A DNA stretch of 64,000 nucleotides from Octopus sinensis. Its lineage: Eukaryota. The translations under genes and the position numbers were made by a program. Positions 11,867-24,361 of the stretch are shown here, piece after piece. The stretch is taken from contig NC_043012.1 of NCBI RefSeq assembly GCF_006345805.1, positions 3,596,001 through 3,660,000 of the forward strand, given 5' to 3'. The notes beneath the pieces were generated by a model. That model was not told where the DNA came from and searched no databases. It saw only the letters and a list, made by a program, of their open reading frames with translations. The first letter of the stretch is position 1; every line of letters starts with the position of its first letter.

Positions 11867-12108
11867 CGGTGTAGTGGTTAAGAGCGAGGGCTACTAACCC
11901 CAAGATTCCGAGTTCAATTCCAGGTAGGGACCTGAATAATAATAATAATAACATCGAAAAATACCTTAGGAATGAGAACCCAGGTTTGAAATTTCCCCAA
12001 GACACCTGATGAAGGCTCCTGAAGGTGAAAGGTGTTAACAACAAATAAGATGAGGACAAATATCCGTCTAATGTAAATAATTCCTCATCTCTTAAATATA
12101 GAACTGTA
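11865..12108 (+). mobile_element. tRNA-headed SINE with a hammerhead-like 3' module
   Basis: A box ggtgtagtgg, B box gagttcaattcc, (AAT)n linker, gacacCTGATGAagg..., tail ttcctcatctcttaaatatagaactgta. Stem II is internally rearranged in this copy. Confidence 0.85.
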
Positions 12109-12744
12109 GAAACATAATTGTGTTGTAAGGGGATTGTAATTTTCTGTTTACACACACACATATATATATATAGATATACATAGCTTCAAATATCAACTTA
12201 AACTAGAAATAGTCTTTTTTTCACAATGCAGTAACACTCCTGTCATTTATTTGAGCACAAATTTAACACAAAAGTTTTCTTTTATAGTAATTTAAAGCAA
12301 TATTTATTCATCATAGTTGAACACTTTAGGGGTTTATAAACACCCACCTACTCACTGAATGCAATAAACGTGGCTCCTTATTCAATCACTTTTTAAATAT
12401 CACTAAAGCATGATGTACTTGAATGATCATGATGAAATAACCGGAAAACTAGGAAATACCAGTGAGTCGCAGACTATAGCTATTGTTCAAGGCTACTTGT
12501 CATACATTTTTCTTTACAACTTCCTATCACTGGATTTAAACTTCCTCCATATATCCCCAATCAGTTGATTACATGTTAGGATTAAGTTTAACTTTTACTA
12601 GTTTAAGAATTTTACAGTCTTTCAAAATATTAGCTGAAGTGCTTACAGTACCGAACCTCTCCAAATATATGATATTGAGGGAGGAAAAAAAGGATTTAGG
12701 CATATGACAGTTTGAGAAATTTAGATTAAATACAAATTAGATAC

Positions 12745-13060
12745 ATCATCGTCGTTTAACATCCACTTTCCATACTAGCATGGGTTGAAAGATTTGACTG
12801 TGGACTGGCGAACCAGATGGCTGCACCAGGCTCCAATCTGATCTGGCAGAGTTTCTACAGCTGGATGCCCTTCCTAATGCCAACCACTCCGAGAGTGTAG
12901 TGGGTGCTTTTACGTGCCACCGGCACGAGGGCCAGTCAGGCGGTACTGTCAACGGCCACAGTCAAATGGTGTTTTTTATGTGCCACCTGCACAGGAGCCA
13001 GTCCAGTGGCACTGGCAACGACCTCGCTCGAATGTTTTTCATGTGCCACCGGCACAAGTG
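12745..13060 (-). mobile_element. RTE LINE 3' UTR fragment
   Basis: catcatcgtcgtttaacatcc...ctacagctggatgcccttcc...tacgtgccacc subrepeats. Confidence 0.88.
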
Positions 13061-13239
13061 TGAATTGAAATATTGGATTGGTTGACTGGTGTGGTATCAT
13101 AACCTCATGTAGTCAGAAAAGTTTGGAAGTGCAGAGATACAGGAGGATGTGCTAGCAAGGAATGTCAACATAACATCACTACTTTTTCTCAAGCAGTTTC
13201 ATACAAAGGTGCATTAATTGCTTGTTCTTTAGAACAACA

Positions 13240-14300
13240 GCTTTGATTGGGTAGTGAAAAAATTACAATCAGAACCATTTTATGCTACCTGTGGAAAAAA
13301 GGACTGAGTGCAAGAGCAGCAGCAAAAGAAATTAATGATGTAGAAGACCCAGGAACTGTCAACGAACATGTGGCACAAAACAGGTTCAGCCATTTCAAGG
13401 AAGGTGACATCAGCCTCGAAAACAAATCAAGGTCAGGGAGATGTTCTCTTTAGGAAGATGAGGCCTTGCTTGAATGACTAGACAACAGCCAAGTACAAGC
13501 ATTCGTACATTTCCACCAGAAGTTGGTCCTTTACAAAGCACCATCAGTCAACATTTCCATAAGCTTGGGATTGTGAATAGACATAGTTGAGAAGCTCCTC
13601 ATGAATTGACCAATGACCAGGCTCAATGACGTGAACATTTGCAAACATCTACCAGAAAATCTTTGAGATACTCGTTTTTGGTATCAAATTGTAACTGGAG
13701 ATGAAAAATGGATTGATTTCTGTAATCCTAATAAAAGAAACAAGTGACTTCATTTTGGCCAGGCTTCAAACTCAGTTATCAAACAAGGGCCATTCGAACA
13801 GACGGTCATGATGTGTGTTTGGTGGAATTTTGACTGGGTGTTGCACTCTTGTCCCAGATGGTTCTGCTGTGAATGCTAACCTTTGTGCTTAACAGCTGCA
13901 GCAAATATATGATGCTTCGAAAGCCTGCTACTCAGCACTGGTCAACTAAAAATGTGCACTCCTATAGCATGACAATGCCCCAGCACACTCTGCCAATGTG
14001 ACCAAGCACAAACTTGAGGAACTTGAGATTACCAATTTTTACAAACCAAGGCTCATTTCTTGCATGGATCTAGGTTCACCAATATGGAAGAGCTTGAAAA
14101 TGGATGGAGGAAGATTTTTGCCTTTAAACCAACCAAATGCTATAAGCATGGAATTGAGCTTCTGGCACAACAATGACAAGACAATAGAATATGATGGGTT
14201 GTATTTTGATGCATAAATGCTTTTCATGCATAATTTGTTTAAACTATTAATTAAAGCTTGAAATATGAAAAAAATTTTGACTCAACCTGGTAACTGTGCA
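13240..14300 (+). pseudogene. Decayed mariner transposase
   Basis: N-terminal HTH (IRTILCYLWKKGLSARAAAKEIN...SRSGR), IVTGDEKWI at 13688, VMMCVWWNF, HDNAPAH at 13968; many stops and frameshifts. Confidence 0.92.
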
Positions 14301-14449
14301 CACACACATATGCTGAGTTTCCATACATTTTCTATCAACCAACCTATTGCACTCACAAGAATCAGTTGGCAAGTATTTTCTACTATACCCTTCTGGGCTA
14401 ACCAAAGCTTTCTGAGTGGAGCTGGTAGATGGAAACTGTGCATAAGAGG

Positions 14450-14880
14450 CATCAGATGTGTTGATCATGTGATACGTATGGGTTGATCATGTGAGACGTA
14501 TGGATGAGGACATCTGCGTAAAGAAGTGCTGACCTCTAATTGTGGAGGGAACCTGTGGAAGAGGTAGACCCAGGAAGACATGGGATGAGGTGGTGAAGCA
14601 TGATCCTTGAATGATGGGCCTCATGGCGACCCAACTGAGACCTTTGATGAGATATTGTGTTTGAGAAGACTCATCAAGCCCAGTGAAATTGTAGTTGTAG
14701 CCAATGCCAGTGTCACATAAAAGCACCCATTACACTCTCAGAGTGGTTGGCATTATGAAGGGCATCCAACTGTAGAAAACATGCTAAACCAGACTGGAAC
14801 CTGGCGCAGCTCTCCGGTTTACCAGTTCCAGTCAAACCGTCTAACCTATGCCAGCATGGAAAGCAGATGTTGATGATGAG
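14450..14880 (+). mobile_element. RTE LINE 3' end (ORF C-terminus plus 3' UTR)
   Basis: HVRRMDEDICVKKC*PLIVEGTCGRGRPRKTWDEVVKHD, followed by the common 3' UTR and a gatgatga tail. Confidence 0.9.
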
Positions 14881-15117
14881 TGCTACATACAATAATGCTT
14901 GGAGAAAAAAAAAAGAAAAAGAGAAAAGGATAATCACTGCTAGAATACTTTTAATCACAGGTATACTCGGTCAGTGCTAGCCCAACTCTAAACAAAATGA
15001 GAAACTGAAACAGTAAATACAAATCTATTGGAATGAAGTTTAACTTATTTATGACTATTTTTGTAACAAAATACACAGTGTTTCAATATAATGGAAAATT
15101 GCTCTGACATCTGGGAC

Positions 15118-15290
15118 GGTGTTGTTTCAAGATCACATCCAGAGAAAGGCTATTTGGCTGATTGGCAGACTCACAGACATGATCCAGGCTCTGGCCCGCA
15201 GCCAATGCCGTCTCCTCACTTTCAGTTATTTCTACCACTACAATAACAGCTTCTGTTCCTTGGAATTGGCTTATCTCATGCCATTTCTAT
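15118..15290 (+). mobile_element. Decayed non-LTR retrotransposon ORF2 C-terminal fragment (CR1/L2/Jockey group)
   Basis: IQRKAIWLIG...QALARSQCRLLTFSYFYHYNNSFCSLELAYLMP resembles the post-RT motif IQxRAxRLI...L..RR..A.L..FYRY...CS.EL. Confidence 0.6.
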
Positions 15291-15419
15291 TCAGGTACTC
15301 TTGACTGATTTGTCTCTCCTTCTCTCATCATCCATGCTGTATTCAACCCATCAGGCTCTTCACAAACCACTACTGAGCCCTTCCAGAGAATATCTACCCT
15401 CTGGAATTTCACCCCAGCC

Positions 15420-15920
15420 TGTATCTTTTCTGGCAATGTCATGCATAAGATCTGGTCATCAAATCTAAGTAGAGACTTCAAACTTGAAGTATTCAAAGCC
15501 ACAGTCGAACCAAATCTACTATATGGCTCAGAAACCTGGACGTTATCAAAGAAGCTTGAGAGGCGGTTGGATGGAACCTACACTCGCCTCCTTATGAGAG
15601 CTCAAAATCTCTCGTGGAAGCGCCATCCAACCAAAATGCAAATATATGGGAAACTACCACCTGTGTCATCTCTTGTGAAAGGTTAGGAGAGTCCAGTTTG
15701 CTGGACATTGTTGTAGAGCTGAAAAAGAAGTAATTCTACTCTTCTCATCTGGAAGCCCACCTACTCGCAATACCAGAGGGCGCACCACTCTCCTACCCTG
15801 ATGTAATCTCCAGGGATACAGGCATTCCAGCAAGGACCTCCGTAATGCCACATGATGGACCGTGAAGTCTGGCGTAGCACGATAAATTCCATTGTCTCGA
15901 CCACGGTCGAACAATGATGA
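15420..15920 (+). mobile_element. RTE-clade LINE 3' end (second lineage)
   Basis: MHKIWSSNLSRDFKLEVFKATVEPNLLYGSETWTL...RVQFAGHC...DREVWR..., tgatga tail. Confidence 0.92.
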
Positions 15921-17543
15921 TTACTATAATCTCACAGGTTTTGGAGGACCTGTGAAAGCTTCTCCTCCAGCAGGGATGTAGTGGGGTTGAACAAAATTAA
16001 AATAATCTACAATTTGGAAGAATTTAATTAGATAACTATCTCTTTCATTTGCAGATGAAATCTGAAAACTTAACAAACAGTTCTGAGATTAAATGGAAGG
16101 TTTAAATTCAAATATAATCACTTTAAAATGAGAAGGGTTTTGCATCATAGGGTCAGAGATGAGATCAAAAGGGCTGAAGCTGTTGTGGATTGAAGCACTG
16201 AACAAATCAGCAAAAGTACCAAAATATTTAGTACCCAAAGTTATGTGACTAAATATATATTATAGACCACTAAAACTGACCCTTGTGTAAAGTATACTGA
16301 TGCAGGCTTCTCAAATTACTTCTTCAGTACATATGAACTACAACAGATTAGTCTCAGCCTTTTCTTTTTAAAGAAACCTTTCTATCTGTTCTTCAAGCTA
16401 TCATTAATAATGTATTTTTTCTCTCAAGTCATCACTATTGACCTATTTGTCTATTCTACAGAGAAAATTAAAGGTAAACAACAACACAGTTGCTAATACC
16501 TGTAAGATAAATCAATGTACTGACAGGCTAACAAGGAAACATTAATGTGGTTGCTCAACCTGCTAGAAATAGTAGCGAAATATTCCTCAAATCATGCCCT
16601 ACAGTCTTAAAAACAGAAAGGACATAGGAAAGATACTAAAGACAAGACCAGGTTATTGGAATAGACCTGATAAAATGTTCTGTTTTCTAATCTTGGGGCA
16701 CTAAACCCCAAGTGGAAAAAAAACTGTATTTGGCTAGGGTCATACAAGTGATGCAGGCAAGAGAGCCCATAGACACATGTCCATCCTCACCTTGACATGA
16801 GAGGAATTATATTCCACAAAAGGGAACTAAAAAAGAACCCCCCAAAAATTAAAGCTCACCCCCAGCTCTTTCATCAGCCATTTTTGTACTTTGTTCTACA
16901 CTGTAGCAGAAATATAAGGTACTAAAAGAGAAGCAAGAAGCCACAAGTAAAAATGTGTAGCTGATACGAATGTGATGTATTCAATGATTTTTAGGTTTCT
17001 ATTCATAGAAGTCAGGCATGTGATCTAGATTGCATGTAGATAATATTAGACATCTCATACCAGACTTATTAAGATTCCATGAATAGAAACCTTGAAAACA
17101 TCTTCCAACAGAAACATAACAAGCAAGTGTCCTTCAACAACCCCAATGTAGATTCAATAAATATATTATGAAGACAGAATGAGTACCAACTTTAGTAGTT
17201 CTCAAAACAGTGCACACTGAAATTTTAAAAATGTTATTTAAAACTTTGGAAAATCTATATTAATACTTGAGCACCTTGAAAAACATGTTATTTATAACTT
17301 TCTAATGTGCAAGTTCGAAGTTCCTCTCTAAAATATGGGTTTTGGCATCAAGCATCGAAAGGTTGTGCACAACATGAATGTACTGACCTTTGTAAACTAG
17401 CATCTTTCATATTGAAGTAGTAGCACTGTTCTCACTTTTGATGAGCTGTGGGTTGAATATTTTGTGGAGTATTATTGCTGAAATATTGTTTCCTGTGTTG
17501 TAAGTATGTAGTAGATGGTGGGATATTTTACTGTATCAGCTCT

Positions 17544-17815
17544 GTGGAGGCACATGGCCTAGTGGTTAGAGCAGTGGACTCACGGTCAAGGGATCGCGAG
17601 TTCGAATCTCAGACCAGACGATGTGTGTTTATGAGCGAAACACCTAAGCTCCACGTGGCTCCGGCAGAAGGTAGCGGTGAACTTCTGCTGACTTTTTCAC
17701 CACAACTTTCTTCCTGCATCTTGCAGCTCACCTGCGATGGACTGGCGTCCCATCCAGGTGGGGAACCTATACGCCAAGAAACCGGGAAACTGGCCCTTAT
17801 GAAAGCCAGGGAACA
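17544..17815 (+). mobile_element. tRNA-derived SINE with a V-domain-like core
   Basis: A box tggcctagtgg, B box gagttcgaatc, gcgatggactggcgtcccatccagg motif; sibling at 54360-54660. Confidence 0.8.
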
Positions 17816-18798
17816 AAAAACTGGCCAGCTCCGAGAAAGGAACCAAAACAAACCCAACCTGGGTATGAGCCTATAATGATCCTAAGAGCTCTCTTTTAGG
17901 ATGTGATGAGTTGGTTAACAGGCCTTGGGTTTCTGTTTTGTAAACAATGGCTCTTCCTTGTCCAGTATACCTACAATTTTTCATTATGCTCTAAGTCTCT
18001 GTGAGGCTATTTTACACACAGTTGAGATATGTTCAACCCACATTGATATTCTGTTTGTGAATGCAAAATCTTAAGTTACTTTTCCAGGGGCTGTCTATGA
18101 CAAAAAAAAAGTAAAAAGGGGGCAATTTAGAATCCTCTTTCTGTAACAGTGATATGTTCTATGAGTCACCTGGTGGTTTTCTAATGACAAAAAGGAACCT
18201 TGTTTGGATGACTTGAGAAAGAACATAGAATGCACAAGCTCACATGAAAAAGTGTTTTCTCTTTGTGCACATGAGAGAATTAAGGACTGTGTCAGACTGT
18301 CCAACCTGTCAAACAGTACATAAATACACAAGTAAAATGTCATGCGCTGATGAAGTAATACTACCCTGGAGTTTTGAAAAGATGCATTTATGTTTGTAAG
18401 TAATAAGGACCATAGTTTCATGTCTGTCCAACTGGTTTTCAGTTTCCATATATTTTTATTATGAAGTAGTAGAAATGAGAGCGACAAATTTTGGCCACGT
18501 TACTGTTCCTCCTTCCAGAGATACTAAATAAGTACTGGTGTAAAACAAGATTTTGGTTTAGTCACTATAGCATCACCCACAAACTTGAAGATTAGTTCCA
18601 ATGTAAGAAATCAATATATTTGATGTAGGGTGATCTAAAGCATGATTTATGCGTAACATGTGATGAGGGTGCTTGGTGCAAATGGCAGACAGTTGCATAT
18701 AACATCAAGTTACCTTGAACAGCACCTCATAATCTTCAGGCCAAATCAACTAAGCAAACTATAACTAGTGACCCCTCTCAAACATAAACTTTTTGTTC

Positions 18799-19069
18799 TT
18801 CCATCTACTAAATCCACTTACAAGGCTTCGGTTGGCCCATGGCTATAGCAGAAGACACTTGTCCAAGGTGCCATGGAGTGGGACTGAACCCAAAACAACA
18901 TGGTTGGAAGCAAGCTTCTCAACCACATACACATACATACATACTTATATATATATGCTTCCAACCATGTTGTTTTGGGTTCAGTCCCACTCCATGGCAC
19001 CTTGGGCAAGTGTCTTCTGCTATAGCCATGGGCCAACCGAAGCCTTGTAAGTGGATTTAATAGATGGAA
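18799..19069. repeat. Fold-back inverted duplication of an OR-SINE 5' part (114-bp arms, 43-bp spacer)
   Basis: Arms 18799-18912 and 18956-19069 have 2 mismatches and share private variants. Confidence 0.92.
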
Positions 19070-19769
19070 ACTGAAATAAACCAGTCACAGATATATGTAT
19101 GTCCCCATCTTTGTTTTGTTGTAGCATCAACTTTTTGAAGCTGGCAAACCATAAGTTGAATAAAGATTTATTGATACAGTATTTTACAGCAGATGCCCTT
19201 CCTGCTGCCAACCCTTTGGAGTATAATTAATGCAGGCATGCATACATATTATGTCATTTGTTATTTCCAGTGATGGTTTCATGAAATCAGTATGTCAAAG
19301 AATTTAGACACATTGATCTTCAGCAGAATTTTGTTATAGTCACTGAAGCAAAAAGACAAAAACTACAACAAACCCTTGCTGAAAATCACTATCTCCAAAT
19401 TCTAGGAAATAGCTATAGGTACTAGAAAAGACTATACTAAATTTTATGAAGAAATCGCAAGGCAAGATAGTTGAGTCTTACAGTTCCAAACCTTCTGAAG
19501 TTATTACATACTCCTTGTAATTGAAAAAAACCATCTTCTGTGATTCATTTGCTTATTGTAGGGACAATTTCTGCTCATTTTGTGCCAGATCCTAAATTCA
19601 ACCTAAATTTCATAGGGAATGGTTATACATATTTTATATTTTGTCTTGATTGCCAGTTCAGTAAACTCTAATTCATAGCAAGTTTTCTCTCTGATATGCT
19701 GTAAAATAGCAATAATTACATTAGAATTTTGTTCTTTTCTGACATGAAAGAAACCATATACAAATAAAA

Positions 19770-20530
19770 ATTTCCTATGTTGATATTGTAATTACTATCA
19801 TTGCAACCAGTTAATACCACTATTATCACCACTCCCCAACAAAACTTACTATCAATAACCCCCTCCATCAACATCGCCATCAGTAACATAACTATCACAA
19901 CCACCACCATCGTCTAGTAATGGTTACCATTACTATCAAACCACCATCAATAACGAAGAAGCATTGCTGGAAAGAGCAGTCAAATCTCCCTCATATCACA
20001 ACCCATCTAGCTTTAAAAAAAAAAAACACAGAGGGAAGAAGATGGTTAATGTAATTTCAAATGGCTTTAAAGAGAGAGGATGGATGTGTTTGGAAAGTCT
20101 TTGAGCGATCAAAGTTGACGTTGGTGCTAAACAACAGCAACGATATTATTTTGATAATCAACATCAACACTACAAGAACTACTGCTGCAACCACCATCAC
20201 CATCACCACCACTACCACCACCAGCAACAACAATACTATTATTATATATCAAAGAAGAAGTAAAAAACAGAATCCGAAGAAAGTCGTAAACCACCAAAAG
20301 TATTCTTACCAGCTTATAACCACTACAAATACTACCATAAAAACCACCCCCATCATAACTAGTAACAACAATATTATACCCATGATAACTATTACCAACA
20401 ATACTACTAATGTCACCATATAACTACTAACAATACTATCTACCTATCGTAACCACCATCAATGTTAGCGCCGTCATCACAACAAGCAATTATTACTACT
20501 ATCTTCCGTATGAACAACTGATGTCGCCGC
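19770..20530. repeat. Degenerate (ACC/ACT/AAC)n trinucleotide low-complexity region
   Basis: Direct; it is the source of the Thr/Asn-rich ORF 20061..20423. Confidence 0.8.
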
Positions 20531-21459
20531 CAACAACACCACACGCGTCAGAATCATTAGACTTGGCAGAATAAAAGAACTTTGTTTTTATTTGGGCAGA
20601 TACACGATTTTATCACACACGCACGCACACACACACACACACACATACATACACACGCACGCACACATTTAAAAAGAGAATAAAATATATCTGAATAAAG
20701 AACAAACAACGAAAACACTAACAATCAGAACAGCTATAATATGATAGTAATAATGATGATAATGATGATGATGATGATGATGATGATGATGGCAATCGTC
20801 ATTTAAATATGTTGAAAATTTCAATTAATTTTATACTTGATGTAGAGTGGTGTTAATTAAAGAAATGAAAGACAATCTAGTTTCAACAATCACAAATGAT
20901 TCGGATAAATAACACGGCACACGCACAAACACAACACGCGCTCACACGCACGCACACACAACATGCGCTCTCACTCACAGAGAGAGAGAGAGAGAGAGAG
21001 AAAGAGATGCAGTTTTCATTGGAAAAACCATCATCGTCATTGCTACTACAAATAAAGGACAGAAACGGAAGGTAAGGGGCGTTGGGGGAGATCTAGGTAG
21101 AGAGAAACGAAGACCGAGTTAATTAAATAATTAAATAAATAAAAGGAACGAGAGGAGTTCAAACTGGAAGGCGTGACATTTCCAACAGAACAAATTGATC
21201 CGACATGGAGCTCCGTTTAGCGGTAAATATTAAGAAAGAGTGGGGAAAGGGAAAAGAAAAGAAAATTTGGAATGAAGATTTAGAGAGCACTAATGGAGAA
21301 AACGTCTTTGATTTGAAGCAGTTGATTACATTTGAACAATTTAGTAAGGGAAATTTGGTTGTAGTATGTGAAGCGCCTTATTACTCCACTATTACATCGA
21401 TATCTATCTATAGAGACCTTATACACATCTATACCCATATATATAGTAAATGAGCATGT

Positions 21460-21592
<133 letters not shown>

Positions 21593-23016
21593 ATATATGT
21601 GTGTATATATAACGCGAGCATCTGCTAGTATCTATGTGTCGCATGTTGAGCTATGTTCAGGATAGATCAATGGAAATGCTCGTTGGTAGCCAGAGCAGAT
21701 CTGACCACAAGACGAATGGCAAAGAGATAGAGAGATGAACGAATTAGCTAATAACATTTCCCCACATAAACGAACAACCACTGTTCAGTTTTTGAGTGTG
21801 TGTGTGTGTATGTCAGATGATACCTAATAGATCATATATATATGTATATATATTGAATTTCTTTTAATAAATATTTTGGAGAGACACTCTCTGATTCTAA
21901 ACACCCTTTGGTGGTTCCTAAATGTCATAAACCAAACGAGTAAACAAGGTAGAAATAGAAACTAGAGCGCAGTCAGTGAACTCTAGACCAGGCAAATGGT
22001 TTTAAGGCGGATGTGTAAATAAATATGTATCAGATGGTTAGTTAGAGATCAGAGGCGGAGTGTTTATTAGGACATGATAGACTGAAGTCCTTTAGATGTG
22101 AAATGAAATAGAAATACGTAAACAAAACCATTTGTTCGTTACGCCTTTTATTTATATCCCTTCTTCCTTCTCTGATACTCGTGAGGGAACCTCTACGTGA
22201 TCGTTTTATAAGGTAGAAATAGCAGCTGAATTTCTTTGAGCTGTACCCTACCGTCTTAAAAAAAATCGAACATATTGGACAATGTAGATCTAGATGTACG
22301 TAAAAACGAGGTAGTCACAGCTGAAATACCTTTGATCGTAGGTCTGCTCAATCAGAAATGATTTAGGGGTTAAACAACAACACTTCTAAAGCTTAGCATG
22401 TAGTAATTAGTTATGTCAAACATTATACCAGATCCTTCTCACTTGATAAAATAAATCAACTGCTCTCTCATATATGTGTACATACATTATAAATACATAC
22501 ATATATATATATATATAACATGTTTACATTCTCAGCATTACGATCTGGATAAGAAGGAATCAAGGATTTGTTTATTTATTTATTAAAAGGTCCATAACTG
22601 ATCCAAAGGCTACAGTAATTACAACTACACGTTCAAGGAAATGAGGAAATAATTTGAACGAAACCAGTAAACGTGTCATATTATTCCTCCGAGAAAAGTT
22701 TAATTAGAGAAGAGACGAGTGGAAATAATAAACAATAATTTTTTATTTTTTAATATTCTGTTAGTCGTAGCATTATTAATAATAGTGATCGGGGTTAAAT
22801 ACTTATTGAGGTGATTGATAACCTGCTCGGAAAGTAGAAGGGGTTGATTGATAATCGAAATGGAAAGGTCCATAGGATAGAATAGAATAAATGTGGGCTA
22901 AATAAGAAGAGAAGTGGAAGGAAAATCGACATGAGTGAGTCTGTCTGTGTGACAATAGCAGCAAACACTACTACACACATCTTTTTTCCGTGTTGTAAAA
23001 GTAAAATGCCACTTAC

Positions 23017-23059
23017 CGGAACCCGACGGACCTGGTGATACTGTAGCCGCTGCAGCCAT
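23017..23059 (-). CDS. First coding exon of the minus-strand gene: MAAAATVSPGPSGS + G (phase 1)
   Basis: gcaATGG good Kozak context, consensus donor CCG|gtaagt, CpG-rich setting; phase-compatible with downstream exons. Confidence 0.8.
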
Positions 23060-23520
23060 TGCAAGCAGTTTCTCTTTTGTGTGAAAATCTCACGGATCAA
23101 TCGATAGTCGGACAGTGGGAAAAAAAAGGCTCACAAAAACTGATAGGCGAGAGAATGAGGGGGGAGTGTGGTACGTATGAAAAGGGGGGACAAAAAAAGA
23201 AAAATAGTGGATGGAGGGGAAAAAATTGCAGTTCAATGGTTACTGCTGCTGTCACTACAGCTGCTGCTGCTGCTGTTGTTGTTGTTGTTGTTAACGATGT
23301 TGATGTTGTTTATGCTGCTGCTGCTGCTGCTGTTGGTGTCGTGCGAGACGAGGAAGAAGAAGAATCATGGCAGAACAAAGACGAGACTAGAACGAGATTT
23401 CGAGCGAGATGTTTGGTCGTCTCCCGTCGATATCTTCACACACGCTCGCCACTTGTTCTGTCAGCCAAACTGAAAGGTGGCAGATACAAACTCAAAATGT
23501 CACTTCGTCCGCCGCTCTAA
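23060..23520 (-). other. Probable 5' UTR of the minus-strand gene with CAG/CAA repeats and a 25-codon uORF (23368..23291)
   Basis: Contiguous CpG-rich sequence upstream of the ATG; the TSS position is inferred only. Confidence 0.55.
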
Positions 23521-24260
23521 TATTTTTTACATTCCTGCCGGTTCCTCTCTCTCTTTCCATCTCTATTTTTTTATCGACCCCCTATAAACACTATACTTTG
23601 AGAGAAAATAACAAAAAAGAAGCATAATAATGAATTCGGGGTGAGTTTTCATACATTTTATTATTGTTTTCTTTCATAGTACAATATATATACACACATA
23701 TATAAACATATTTGTATATATTTCTCTATGTATTTACTATATTTCTCTCTTTTATCCGTCTGTTGTTATTGTCTGCTACTGACACATTTTTGCAGCCTTC
23801 TGCTTTCTCTCTTTCCACTCCTATAACTTTCTTTTTCTTCTTCTTTTGCTTCTTCTTTTTCCGCTTGAAAAAAAAAAAGGGGATAACACAAGGACCTCAA
23901 CAAAAATTCATAATACTCCATTCATTCGTTGTTGTTAATTTTGTCTTAGCGGTCTTGCAAATTGGAAACTAAAAATTGTGGGGGAAAGATGAAAAAGAAA
24001 GTACAGAAACAAGTATGTTGAATGAATGAAAAAAAAAAAGAAGATGCGGTTATTTCGTGTAAGTGACATGTGAATGTAGTAAATGGTCAGATGCGAGCGC
24101 TATTGTTACATGTTTCTTTATCTAATCGAATATCGTAGGTATTACAGCAGATTTTTATTGAATTTAATTAGTTTTTATTTAAACTTACAAGCAGTTTATA
24201 ATTATTTGCTTTTTTTTTTCCTTCTCTCTCCGATTTAAAATATTAGAAGGGAGTGTTTTA
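23520..24260. promoter_or_regulatory. Putative bidirectional promoter
   Basis: Lies between the minus-strand first exon and a plus-strand exon-like segment ending in a donor; TE-free with CpG retention nearby. Confidence 0.45.
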
Positions 24261-24361
24261 GAAATCGCCGATGACTTATCCATCATCCAGCAAATCGGAT
24301 TATTGTGCGAGTGTGTTGTTTGTTAGCTACTTCACTAGTGACTAGCTACACGTAGAACAAG
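24260..24361 (+). other. Candidate non-coding first exon of a divergent plus-strand gene
   Basis: CpG-containing segment ending AACAAG|gtatcg, followed by CpG-rich intron-like sequence; the start is approximate. Confidence 0.35.

Noticed and set aside
16791-16826. 36-nt minus-strand exon-like segment (ttag|...AAG|gtgagg) in intron 1
   Set aside because: It has a stop (TAA) in the phase-1 frame needed after exon 1; it could only be a cryptic or poison exon, and there is no support for that.
17544-17620. tRNA-like sequences with A and B boxes (also at 11865, 54243, 54360 and 63780-63855)
   Set aside because: They lack a complete cloverleaf or acceptor stem and continue into SINE bodies, so they are SINE heads, not tRNA genes.
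23059-23520. Plus-strand ORFs of 153, 101 and 72 aa with poly-Ala/Val/Leu
   Set aside because: These are antisense readings of the CAG/CAA-repeat leader of the minus-strand gene, with a near-cognate start and no splice support.
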